DNA of 64,000 nt from Tubulanus polymorphus (lineage: Eukaryota > Animalia > Nemertea): NCBI RefSeq assembly GCF_964204645.1, contig NC_134035.1, positions 2,356,001 through 2,420,000 on the forward strand. The letters run 5' to 3'. Below the pieces are notes generated by a model, which saw only the letters and a list, made by a program, of their open reading frames with translations, did not search any database and was not told the DNA's origin. The translations under genes were made by a program, and so were the position numbers. Below, in pieces: positions 39,463 to 52,700 of the stretch (positions are counted from its first letter, which is position 1; every line of letters starts with the position of its first letter).

Positions 39463-42400
39463 ATATAGATGTCGCCGGTGAATTGAATAAACGAAGCTCG
39501 TCCAGCCAATCGGTGACGTCGAAACGAAAATCCTCCGCAAATGCCGTCTCGAAATCGCTATCGGCGCCGAACAACCAATCAGGAACGACGACGATGCCTC
39601 ATCACGCCGGCGCGTCGAAACGTGACAGCCTGAACGCGTCGTCATCGTCGACAGGGGGAGCCACCGGTAGCCGGAATGTCAGTATCGCGGCGTCGGTTAG
39701 CGCAGCGCCCGCCGGCAAAAACACGAGCATTTCATCGTCGTCGTCATCGGCCTCGTCGTCATCGGTGCTTCGTTCGGGATCGACGAGACGAGAGATCGTA
39801 GATGGCGCCGGTGGTGGTGGTGGTGGTGGCGGGAAGAGGGACAGCGTGGCGAAACGTGACAGTAACAGCAGTGCATTTAATAGAAAAGATAGTTTTACTA
39901 CCAAAACAGGTACGCATGAAATGTGAAGCAAAGTGATGTATTTTACCCTTTCAGTGCGACTACACTGCAGTGCGATATATAAATCAGTGATGGATGTTGC
40001 TAGTACACCGCATCGTGGTGTAATGATGTTATAAGTAATTAGTTTTGATCTTTATCGAAAGATGGCAGTAAATAATGATACACCGCACCACAGTGTAGAT
40101 GCACTGCCGTGCGGTGTATAGATTGGCAATGGACTTTGCTGCCACCGTGTATATGCACTAAAGCGGTATTATTCAACGTGCTGGGGTCGATTTTTTTTAA
40201 ATTTTCATATTATCTCCAACATTTTCGGGTATTAATTGGTCAGCGTGGTTCCTTCTTCATCGAAACCCAACGCACATGGGAAACATGGAAACAGGAGACA
40301 AAAACATGCCTCTAAGAGTTTCCCTGAGTTGGTAAAGTATGGTGTTAGATTGAGCAAATTTGTACATTGAAAGAAGTTGAGTTTATATCGGTCTGATCTG
40401 TTCCTAGGGGTGCAGATTTTCTCTGTGAAAAGAATGATATTTCTCGAGAGATAAAACGCGAGCTGTGAGTTTATTGTCTGAGCGTGTTCAATAATTCCAT
40501 GTCATTTTGCATTTTCTTAACAAGTTTCGTATGTAATCAGATATAGTCGGCAAAGAGGAACCATTGATTAATCGGCCGATAAATCAATAAAATGTTATCA
40601 TCGTTATTTAGATAGACGTATAAACGGTACGAGTGCCACTCAAAAGATTCTCATTACGGATTCTGGGGTTGTTTTTTTTTCTCGTTAATTACTGCGCCAG
40701 CACATTGCTGATTCATGATACAGTGTGGCTGAGTCGACTGCGGGACACCAGCCCCTGGGCTCAAACCCTGTATGGTACCCAGGCGAAACAATAATCCTCA
40801 TTGCTTCTCTATTCACAGCTTTGAGATACTAGTACACATGTGTAGGGTGTGGGTGAGTGGTTAGAGCGTTTGACCGCCATGGGTTCTAACTCTGCGTAGT
40901 ATAGGCATGTCCCTGGGTATAAGATACTAATGCACTCTGAGCTGTGTGGGTGAGTGGTTAGAGTGTTTGACCGCCATGGGTTCTAACTCTGCATAGTATA
41001 GGCATATCCCTGGGATAAGATATAAGATACTAGTGCACTCTAGGAGCTGTGTGGGAGAGTGGTTAGAGCGTTTGACTGCCATGGGTTCTAACTCTGCGTA
41101 GTATAGGCATGTCCCTGGGATAAGATATAAGATACTAGTGCACTCTAGGAGCTGTGTGGGAGAGTGGTTAGAGCCTTTGACTCTGGGATACCGCCATGCG
41201 GCGTGTAGCATAGTAGTATCCCTGGGCAAGACACAGGGCAGAAAGCAGAAATACTCGGGTAACCAAAAATTCTGATTACTATTATCGGAGTTATAGTTAG
41301 TTTAAAACGCCTTAAACAGTTTTGGGCGAATTTTTACGAAATGAAATGCATTCAATATTGAAAAAATCCTTCATGATCAAATAATTAGGTAAATAATTAG
41401 GACTACTGCGCGTATTTTTACACCCGCTATTGGAAGACCGATAATCATTCTCTGGCACGACAATGAGTAGGTATTCATTTGTTAGAAAAAAAAGCGATAT
41501 CTTTTTTATCTTAAATCTATTTTATCGTTTAACGACGATGAAGAAGATGCTGTTCCGGTGATTAACGATGATACATCTATCTCGATGTAGCAGATAGTCA
41601 TTCATTTAGTCGGCCATTATTTCAAATAGCCGATAATGGGGAATTTCTGCGTTAAGTCGCGCTCTCTCTCTCTCTCCGCACTACTCTGTACTGTTTTTAC
41701 CGGTGCCCGTTTTTCCGCGTAACGTTTGTTATTGTCTGAATCGTTACCATGGTAACATTATCGACGATATAGTTTTATTCGGAGTTTTAGCAGGAAATGA
41801 CGGCGTGCGTTGGTTATCCTTGAAATAAGAACCGGAGCTGTGTGTCGGATGGCAGTTCCCTGTTATCTGTATTTGTTACAATTTTTTGGCCGTAGAGATA
41901 CTGGTTTAATGTGTATCTAGAAATATGAATGACGTGATAACTGATTAATTCAAGGGAGATTTTCTTGAATGTTTCGATGAAAAGGTTCTTAAACACCTCG
42001 GCTTGTACAGAAATGTGTAAGGTGATAATCTTGATAACTGATTAATTTGTACAGAAAATATGAAAGGTGATACTGAGGGTCTTACCTCCCTTGATAACTG
42101 ATTACAGAAATGTGAAAGGTGTTACTGACTGAGGGTCTTACTGTTGATTACTGATTAATTTGTACCCCCCCCATTAATTAATAATTTATTTGTACAGAAA
42201 ATATGAAAGGTGTTACTGAGGGTCTTACCTCCTTAATAACTGATTAATTTGTACAGAAATATGTGAGGTATTACTGAAACAGTTCAACTTGTTTTTGATA
42301 TCAGTTGCAAGGTTTGCAGTACTGTGTTCAGAAATATATCCATTATAGTCCATAAGTTGAATATGGGCCTGGACCACAATTTGTAAATGTAATCTTTGAC

Positions 42401-45400
42401 CAGAAATTCAAAAATCAAGCTGTATTTACCTCCATAACTCTTAGGGAGTATTGAGTATTTTGTTCGCTTGCCTGGGGCTGTGCGTTTTTCAATGTAAACC
42501 GGTGCAAGAATTACAAATCATAGCATTCCGCACTCAACTGTATTTGTTTGTTATAAAAGTCATGTTTGGATCGTGAGTTTTTGATCGATAGGTTTTCGTA
42601 ACGAACAAAAAAACAATGTTTCGTTTGTTCTTCGAGTTTGTTTTTTCGAAAATGAAAATCGAACATTTCGCTCGCTAGTCACGTTGTCGATAAGAATAGC
42701 CGCGCCGCGACTGACTGCAAGTATTTTTTCGATGATGACAGGCAAGTTGTCAAAGGCTATAAATAAACCCGGCGCTGCTTGCTGGCTTAAAACTCGTTCA
42801 CTTTGTTTAGTTGAAATGCACGTTGTAACACTTGTGAAATGGCAGTAACCGGTAGGTTTATTCATTAGTCTTATTCCATTCGGCGTCAAGGCGCTTAATT
42901 GTTTGATGGAAACTCGGATGCTGAACTCGTTGACGAGTACCATCAGGGCGCAATTTTAGCAGCATCACGAGGGTCCTTGATAATTTTGTTGGGATACGAT
43001 AAAAATCGCGGCGAAACTACTCCGCGACAGGATTCGAGAAAGTTCAGATTTCGCCGTTTAAATAGAAGTCATTTATTTTCATTCTTTCCCATGTTTTCTT
43101 CCTGTTGACTGACTTTCAAGCAACATAACTCACTAGTGACAGTCTCAATGTTTAGTAACTGTATCATGGTTTGAAGAAGGGAATACTGGGTTCGTTTTTT
43201 GCATTGTCATGGAATCCCTACATTTTTCTTAGGAAAAATTGTAATGAAACTTTTCTGATTTCACCTTATGTTAGAATTTGTTTAATCTAATTCTTTCCGG
43301 TGATTTCTTGACGAGAAACTTTAAGGTAAACTGCGATAGCAAACTGAACACTGACAATATAGGGTCTGGTATCTGTAGACTATACTCCCAAGATTTGTAT
43401 AAATGGAGCCTTGACAGTATACATATACGAATATTGATTATTTCCGATAATTGCTATTTTAGGTCGCAATAGAGGCGTGAGACCATCACATTTACTTGTG
43501 TGGACATAAACTCTTAGTTATTTGAAAGCTTATTATTGGTTAACGTGGCACGATATATAAGAATTCTTATTTATTATCATTCTTATTATCAGTTGATTAT
43601 CGGTATTCTTCCTTTCTATTTACTTAAAACACAACGTAATAACTATCAGGCATTGGACCTGCTAAGGCTTGGTCCGCTTCTCAGAGGCGATAGAACAAAA
43701 CACTTCTATCAAATTCATCTAAACCGCTGTTTGAGTGATCCCATCATCGTAAATTGCCTGCTCTATGCGTTGAGTGATAGATATTTGAGGGTAATCGAAT
43801 GATTTCCCGAAGGATGCGATCACATTTCCAGTAATTCCGTCGTTTATTGGATTTATCGTGGTGAGTAGAATGGATTGTTTATTCCAGAACTCGCTGATAG
43901 ATGGCGTATTGGTTCTAGCATCTGGCAAGGCTTGATTATATGTGGTTGATTAGATGTTGTGAGTAATTATCTCAAGTCTCAGGTTGGATTGGGCGCACAG
44001 TTTCATTAAGAAACTCTCTTGAATTCCTGAATTCGCCGATAGATGGCGTATTGGCTTAAGCGTTTGCAGGAATGTAACTTAATCGGAATTTATTCATTTT
44101 CAAATAACTAAAGCTAAGCATGTAGACAAACAGGGCAGCGCCACTTACCTGAAAATAAGGGAAAAGTCAAGAAAATGTTCTTTTCTTTTAAAGAAGGAAT
44201 AGTCGGGGAATTTTATGAAAAAGCCAAAAAATCAGGGAAAAGTTGGAGTAATTTGTTGAGGATAGCTAGATCAGGCCGTAAAATCAAACGGCTTCCATCT
44301 ATATCTATGTCTTGTGTATTTGACTGTTTTAATTGATAAGATAAGTCAAGGAAAGTAACGCGCATGTCAGGGAATAGTCAGGGAAGCAATGAATCGATTA
44401 TATTATATTCTTTTTTGCTTCTTCTTAAATTTCATTATAAGAAATTATGCGAGCTATTTTCTCAGAAATCCATCATCAATATCTTACTGCACAATAGTGC
44501 ATGTACATTGTATACTATGCCTACGTATACTTGTACCATAATACCAAATTCTGCGCTGGGAAAATGTGTGCGCGATGCCAATTTATAAACAAAAACCATT
44601 CTAATGGACTACCTATTTTTTTTTTTTTTTTATATATAAAGATGTTTATTCCGAATATACATTATAATATAAGTTCCAGTGCCAAGGTACAAGTACATTA
44701 TAGGCAAAAGGGTTAAGTTAAACATTTACAAAGTTACAAATTCGGCGTAAACCAGACATAAATTTAGAAATGTTACAGGATGGTTTATATGAAATGGCTA
44801 ACAGAGCAGATACTGTACATATGTAGGAGTCTATTGTTGGAATTGTTGGTAGTTACTGAGAACAAATTTTGAAACATGTTTTAGCATTTGAGTGTTAGTA
44901 CGAAGGTCGAAAAGGGAGATGTTGCCGTTAAGTAGGAAGTTTATCTTATTGGTTTCAGTGAGATTTGAGATGTGATCAGTTATTTTATTGTCAAATGAGG
45001 AAAACAGAGCGTCGATTTTTGTTTTGTGACCAAGTGACTACCTATGGACTAGCTATGCCAAGCTTGATCGTGATGTGTAGTAAAATAAAAATTTTTGGAA
45101 AAAATATCTGGGAAGCCTTTTCTCGTTTATGCGCATTTCTCCGGTGAATTGAGAAAAAAAGCGATCACATACTAATGGTTTGTGCCCTCATTACGATCGT
45201 CGTCGCTTCAAACATTGTTAATAGGTTTTAATATTAATGAATATGCGTATAGCGTATTGTAGCGACTAATTTAGCTGGAAATTTAAAAATCGTTTCGAGT
45301 GTTTAAACGTCGATATTTGCCCCGTTCGCGTTTGTTTATAGCTTTTCGATACGTTGAAAACTTTCTCCGCCGGTTTTTGCGAGTTTACACCGGCGCTTCG

Positions 45401-46419
45401 TCGGCGAAAATGGTCGAAATAGCGAGGCAAAATACTGTATGAGCTGCTATTTGGATTATTCTATTGTATTTTGGATGTTTAAACAAAAAAATTTCGTTTG
45501 TTGAAATTTACTAAAATTGTTAACTTTGTCGGGTCAATATGGCGTATAGCCCGGTTATACTGAAACGGTGGCACGGGTTCAGCAGCGCTGATATCAAACT
45601 TGGTAAGATACTTTATTGGAACGGTTCTCTTTTTTCTACTCGCGTATAAATATAACCCCTTTGACAATAGCCGCAATTCCGCGGAGATGATTTAGCACGG
45701 ATCAGCAGGCCCGAGTCAAATTTGGTCCGTGTTGTTATGTAAACCACATACTTGATACTGAACAATACTCAAAGTGAAATGAGTTATTTCTGGAACTAGT
45801 TGTAATTGACACACAATGATTTTACCTGTGTGAAAATTTGTCTCCGGCCTTGTGCAACGTTTTTGGTCGGGCCCATTTGGCACCCGTATGGACAGTGTCG
45901 TTCCAGGTCAAATTTGGCCCGGTCAAAAATGCTTGTGAGATTGTGGCTTTTTGTGTGATTATGTTTCCATTTTCCAAACATAGTTCATGTCACTAAGGTT
46001 ATTAGAATGCCAAAGCTACAAGGCCCTTTGGGGTCTAGTTATAAGCATTGCTATCTGTATATATGATATACAACACATGGAACTGGGTTCGGAGATAACG
46101 GTTGTAATTTTTGTTCGGTTTTTGTTTTATAGCATTTGATGATGAAATCACCGAAAATGGTAATCGATCACCAGTATTCCGTGGACATCGCAGTAAGGTA
46201 ACTAACAACGAATATCATTTCAATTTTCAAATCAACAAATTTCAGTTACTGGTATATGTGTGAATGTATAAACGTATGATTACTTTTCACTTGTGTTTTC
46301 ATATTATTTTGTTTCAGTCTGAAGGGAAACTGTGCAATCAACTGAATGACAGTATTAATAAAACGCCTGAGCCGTTTATACCATCGCAAATTAAATTATC
46401 AAAACGCGAATCACTGAAG
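39463..46419 (+). CDS. OSBPL8: Oxysterol-binding protein-related protein 8/5 (ORP8-like), N-terminal exons of the long isoform; PH and ORD exons lie beyond the window
   Basis: Exons 39463-39909 (phase 1-1, Ser/Gly-rich; first in-frame ATG 39594), 46133-46197 and 46318-46419 give ...GHRSK|SEGKLCNQLNDSINKTPEPFIPSQIKLSKRESLK|. This matches, from memory, human ORP8 SKSKSESKLYN...SKLTKKESLK, which precedes VQKKNYREEKKR and the PH domain. The call rests on two short motifs in the right order. Confidence 0.75.
40845..41185 (+). repeat. Tandem array (97-105 bp, about 3.3 copies) of a tRNA-derived SINE head
   Basis: Each unit has A-box-like GTGGGTGAGTGGTTAGAGCG and B-box-like GGGTTCTAACTC. Confidence 0.65.
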
Positions 46420-46895
46420 GTATGCGTCTTTCTTATTGTAATCTGATCCGTTACAGCGCACGGTCCGCTTCGATGAAACTTCTCCCAGTTAACCCTTTCC
46501 TGACTGATCGTAGTTTTCTGATTGACCCAGGGACATATTTAGATGTTTCACGTTTCCCTGATTCAGTATCAGCTTTCTACTTCGATGAAATTTCTTCGTC
46601 CAAAATGCCATTAGGTTTTAGAGGGCGGCACCTGACTGTCTGCGAAGATCCGGTGAGTTTACCGGAGAATGTGATATTGTTGGAGCAACCCTTACTATAT
46701 GTTGACGGGTAGCGAAGAGTTAAGAATTCAGTATATGGCTTCTTCAGTGTCGCTGTATTTTCCCGAGTAGTGTATCGATGTCACCAGCTCCGATCATCGC
46801 GCTTCGTCGCACACGGATTTGTGATGTTTTCTGTCACGATGAAAAATTAGCGAGGTTTAGACGTTTGCCTCATCACATTAAACGGCCGGACAATC

Positions 46896-47335
46896 TTGTA
46901 AAGCCTCCGTGTGAATGGTCGGAATGGTCAGAGATAGAACTTTGATAATACTAAACCACACACACACACACTACAGTGCAGGGCTGGTATTGTTTATTTT
47001 TATTTTTCCCGATTACATACATTAGAGGGACAACTCATAATTTGTAAAGCCTCCGTGGTCAGATAGAACTTCATTGATTCTAAAGCCGATAATACTAAAC
47101 TACACACACACACTACAGTGCAGGGCTGGTATCATTTATTTTTATTTTTCCCGATTACATACATTAGAGGGACAACTCATAATTTGTAAAGCCTCCGTGG
47201 TCAGATAGAACTTCATTGATTCTAAAGCCGATAATACTAAACTACACACACACTACAGTACGTGGCAGGGCTTATATCAGTTTATTTTTATTTTTCCTGA
47301 TAACAGGTATTGGAGGGTGACAACACACAATTTAC
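46896..47335. repeat. Approx. 141-bp tandem repeat x3
   Basis: TTGTAAAGCCTCCGTG..GATAATACTAAAC..(CA)n CTACAGT at 46896, 47042 and 47183. Confidence 0.85.
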
Positions 47336-48195
47336 AGATTTAATAACACTGTAGAAAGAATGCGATATAATTATTTAGATTAACGAACAGAAATAACGGA
47401 GAGTGACTAATTGGGGCTACGCACATACTGGACTGAAATATCTGACTCTAATGGCAAAGATTTGTTGAACTGACTTCGTAAGTCGACCTTACGCTGACGA
47501 TATATACGGTATTCTCCCTTCCGAAAGATGTTAGGGGATCTTGCATCAGAAACAATGTGTGAAAGATACAACATACACCTTAAGTAAAATAATTGATACA
47601 TGGTGGTGCCATCTATCAATTCAATGTGGAACTAAACTGTTCTTGATTTAGATTTTTCAGCGCAGCCTGGGCTTTATTAGAACTGTTACATTCAACGCGT
47701 TTTTACATCGTCACGTGGACATTAGCGATATTTTTAACGTCATGTTCGACTGATAGTCATTCATTCGAGTGTTTATTTTTACTGTCTCAATGAGTATTTA
47801 TCGATCGATTAGATACCCATAAGAGTACTCATTTCGTATTGATTTTGATTCATTTCGAAATCGTTATTGATGTATCAGTTATCGGGATTTCATACTGTCT
47901 GTCCGTAGGTCCGCACTGTCGCGGCTATTGATCTGTGTAAATCTTGTATTTACATTCTAAAAAATAGTTTGTTTGAAGGATGAGTTATCGTCGCGATTGA
48001 TTCCGCCGTGGTTTTAAACGCCACGAGGATGTGCTAAAGGGTTAATTCTATCAGGAAGGAAAGTATCCGATATCGTATGAATATACGTGTAAACGTTGCT
48101 CTTTGCGGAGAGTTGATTATCAGCGTTTGACAGGTTGATCAGCGAGCGTATATCTATCCATTGCAATTAGCCGATTATTGATTATCGCAATGAGG

Positions 48196-48211
48196 TCTCT
48201 CTCTCTCCCTT

Positions 48212-48296
<85 letters not shown>

Positions 48297-48322
48297 CTCT
48301 CTTCCTTCTCTATCTCTCTGTC
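48196..48322. repeat. (CT)n microsatellite
   Basis: Long near-perfect TC dinucleotide run. Confidence 0.98.
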
Positions 48323-49334
48323 TACCCTCGGATGTGGTCGGTGGTTCTCCCGATAAATCGAATACGACGTCACGTGACGAAGCTGATTACACGATTATCG
48401 GCCGTTTAATAATATAATAATAATGACTATTGATACAGAGAGAGAGAGACTGAGAGAGAGCTCGGCGACGATTCCATGAAACGGTTTTAAACGCACTGAT
48501 CGAGATCGATATTATTGCGAGTTCGGTCGTCGAGGATATTACATGTATTCGTATTTATGAACAGCTGGGTCTCGTATGACGCGCGGAAGACGACGAGGAC
48601 GGACGATGACGGATGGAAGATAAATAGATTTTTTAATTTCCTTGTACATACAATAACCGTGTACATTACGACTGTATTACTACAATAGATATAGGCGTAC
48701 CTAGCGTAGCACATGTGCGCTTCGTTTGAGAACGGTGGAGGCTGCTGGTCTATAGTCGTGTGTGCGTCGCCTGGTACGTTAAATGGTTGTTAATGTCACA
48801 CACGGTTGTCGAGAGTATCTGAGAGCATCGAGAGTATCCGTCTGCTGTGGTGAGAAAGGTTGAAATTCTGTTAGAGATAACAGTTCGAACTATACATAGT
48901 GATATATTAGTATCTCGCCGGTGGATCGCTCACTCGTCGCTGTCGCGAAGGTGACTCTTGAAAATCTTAGATCGAAGAAATTTTTCTATTTCGCGACTGA
49001 AATAAATCGTTTGCCGGTCGATTTCGACGCCGCGGATACTAACTACGGAAACACTACGGAACGTTACGGTAGAAAGCTTATCGAGAACATCGAGATCGGA
49101 GAGAATCCAATCTTACATTAGATTGCGGAATAAGAAGTAAGATTTCGGCGAATCACCCGAGATTTTCGAAAGACACCTGGAAATTCTCGATTTAAACTCG
49201 CACAGTTTTTCGATATAGCGATCGTTTGAGAAATTTAAAAATCGAATCGAGAAAATAACGGCGAAAATTTGAATTTATCCCAAAGATCTGTTTCGGGTAA
49301 ATTGAAGAATTAGTGTGTTATATGTAACCGTGTC

Positions 49335-49718
49335 ATGGCGTCTGAACCGGTGAAGTTCGTGTTAAACGATCGCGAGATGGACGACTACAACATCACGTCG
49401 GTCGATACGTCACCCGAATACAAACAGCGCCCTCTATCGCGTCAGAAACGACTCAGTACGTACAGCGATTACAGCGACACCGACCTCGACCCCTCGGCGA
49501 CGGCGGACATCGTCGGCTTCAACCCGCGGCGGTCGAAGTCGCAAGAGGTTTTACAAATACCGGACAGAGGGCGCCGTAGTACCGGCGGCAATCGCAACGC
49601 GGCGAGGTTGATGCTCGATTTAAGCTCGAAGATGCAGCGTTCCGACGCGGTGATGGATTTGAGTCCGCGCGGCAACCGGCGAATGGACACGACTTGGGAT
49701 AAGAGACAGCCCAGATCG
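49335..49718 (+). CDS. Candidate alternative first coding exon A of ORP8-like gene (128 aa, phase-0 donor)
   Basis: GTCATGG Kozak context, CpG-rich coding-like composition, MASEPVKFVLND...WDKRQPRS|GTATGT, 384 nt. Confidence 0.65.
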
Positions 49719-52700
49719 GTATGTATATATGTTTATACGCTACGATTGCAGTAAAAGAGGTTCAGAAAAGATTTCAAAGAATGCGTTGAAACCACAACAC
49801 GGTGATGCGGTGTACACTAGCATTTATCATCAGGTTCAAGCCCTACAGTGATTGCTTAGTTTTTAAACATGGTGATGCTTGTGTTACACATACACTACAT
49901 CTAACTGTATAACTTCTGGCCGAGTGGACTAGTTCCATTCTGTATAAGACTGTCTTCAATCCCTGGTATAAGCGCTGAATTTGTCTCCCACTTCTTAATC
50001 GTTACACGTACACTACTAGCAGCTACGATCAGCTTCAAACCCTAATGATTGCTCGGTTTTAAAACCCGGAGGCTATTTTCAATCAGAAGCCGTAAACAGT
50101 GATCTGCAGGTGCAAATTCATACACGTAGCTTTCATGATTTCAGCTATACTCGTTTGTTAGTATTATGTTGATATCGTCCCTTGTAGTCAGCAGTTGATG
50201 ATGTCTGCGAGAAACCAGTGAATCTGTTCGTTATAAGTGATAATTAAGTGATAATTTTGTCATGAAATCGTTGGTTTGCCATACTCGATTTTGTTATAAC
50301 GAGGCTGCACTATCACAAAGTAGATGTTATAACACTTTCGTAGATACAGTTGTTATTTTAGGTCAGGTGCGATATTTGCTTTAGGTGGAAATTGCTTTTC
50401 GAAATTGCATTTTAATCGAGATCCAGGCAGCACTTATATTTGCATACATTATACTAGTGTCAAATGAACTTTATTACCGTGAAAATAACATGATTTACAG
50501 CCCTGATTTACATATTAATGTGTTGGCATCATTAGTATCGAAATATTTTGACACAAATCGAAATATTTTGCTGAAAAAATGATTAAACGATATCTGAATA
50601 GGTATGGAATCCGTCCAAAATGTCTATAACCTGATTGAGTGTGGGTTTTTAGGGGTTATTTGAATTTATGGCACCTGGCATTTCTCAGCGTGTCCTACCG
50701 CATTACCAATAGACAGTCATCGCCTGCTTTTCTGTACCGTTTTTCCATATCAGATAAGTAATATCATATCAAGCGATGTACTCTGCTCGATTAATCCGTG
50801 CACCACGCTGATCTGATTAGTACATTGACCATCAGTGACGATATTTTCCAATATTTCATATCTATCTGTCACATATTAACGCCCAAAGTAGTGTAACATA
50901 CAGCCATACGGCGCCTTTGCATAAGATAAGATTATAGAGAATCCATTGACATAGAGACCGGGTTTTAAAGGGTTAAAGCTCCAGATTGTGCCCATTACTA
51001 ACAAAACAGGAGTAAGGCATCATTTTGGAAGAGATAATCGGCGATTAGTTTTTTCAAATACTCACTTCCGTAAAGGTACTGGATGCTAAAGGGTTAAAGC
51101 CCTAGATGGAGCTAGCTTTATAACAAAACGGGATCAGTTTGGAACAGATTGCGGGCAATTTCGCCATGAGGTTTTTCCCGGGGGATGGGGGGCAGGGGGA
51201 GGTTTCAAGTAATCATTTCTTTGTCCGTCTATATAGGGGCCGGATGGTGGAGGGTTAATCTATCGATCGAGCTGGTAAACCGATTCCTGATGAAGTCTAC
51301 CGTCGCGCGTCGAACTCGATATTCAATTTTTCTCCGACTGTTTTAAACACGTCGGCATTCATCGAGTGGTCGCCGATTCAATTGAAAAATATTATTGGTT
51401 TTTTACGTAGCGCGTGCCTCTGTACGTGTATGTATATGTATGAATGCTGTAGGAGCGTACACGGGTCGGACATATGGCGTAGTGCGTGTTTTTTTCTCTC
51501 GTTTTCCATATTTATGATTGTAATACATCCCTCCAGCTGTCCCCTGTTACTAGTATGCTGCGTATATATATATATATATATATACGCGTATAAATGACAG
51601 TTGAAATCATCGATTTGATTGGCAGAAGGTTTTAATTGTCAATTCGTCGTCATCGGCGCCAGTTTCGGTAGCCCGCACGTCGTAAGTCCCGATTACGGAA
51701 AACCGGATTTTAGGTTTCGTCTCGCGTAACTCGAGATAAAGGAGACGTTCATAGAAAAGGTTTGGATACGGATTTAGATTTTACCGATCGCGCGATCTGA
51801 CTTCGGATTATTTCCATATAGCGTAATTTTCTCATTTAGAATTTTCTCGTTCATTTCTTTGTATGTAATTCGTCTATATGTATGAATGGTAAGAGTTTGG
51901 TTTTTAGGGATCCTAGGTGTTCATTATTTGCTGCTTTGTAGTGTTTTTCTTAAAACATATTCTAGGTGTTTTTGCGCTGTATTATGTTTTTGTTAACTTA
52001 ATTTAGGTTTATTTCTTTATATGCTGCATATTTGAAACATATTTTAGGTGTTTTACCACTGTATTGCGTATTTCTTAACTAAATTTAGGTTTATTTTTAT
52101 TCGATGCATGTTAACGTAAGCCATCAGTATTTCACCTGCAGGATGCTGATAAAGCGCGGACTGGTAGCGCGAGGAATATGTTCGTTTTTAATTCCGTGGC
52201 AATAGAATAGGGCGATGTGAGATCCTCCACCGCGATGACTTCGAAAGTTTGATGCTCAGATATGGCTTTGGAGCGAGTTCTGTTATAATGAAGGATTGCA
52301 TAAATGAAAAAAACTTAGAATATAAGTATGTAAGTGTATCATGTTTTGACATCTTTCGAAATCAGAAACAGTGGAAATGAATATTCTGATATTTCTAATA
52401 TCTTTTCATTTGATCATGTGAACCTTAGAATCACTCACAAATTGTACAATTTTTAAGGAGTAATCCTAACAAATAGGTAGTGAGCATTGAAACAGAAAAG
52501 CATTGAAACAGAAATCACCGGATCAGCAGAATGTAGAAGTAGAAAAATTTTCATAGTACAATTTCATAGGGTTAATTGAACTAAATAGGAAGCCAGCGTT
52601 TACATTAAAATCACCAGATTGGCTCGTAATGAATCGGTGAAACATTGAATTGGCAATTACAGCGAATATCGGTTTTATCAATTAATTTCAATATCGAATT

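Noticed and set aside
39379-39931. Minus-strand ORFs with poly-Pro and poly-Asp
   Set aside because: Antisense shadow of the Ser/Gly-rich ORP8 exon.
44680-44716. AKVQVHYRQKG resembling the ORP8 VQKKNYRQEKK exon
   Set aside because: It lies upstream of the ESLK exon, ends in a stop, and sits next to a poly-T retroelement-like tail; chance similarity.
48178-48417. SLSLSL and ERERER ORFs
   Set aside because: Translation of a (CT)n microsatellite.
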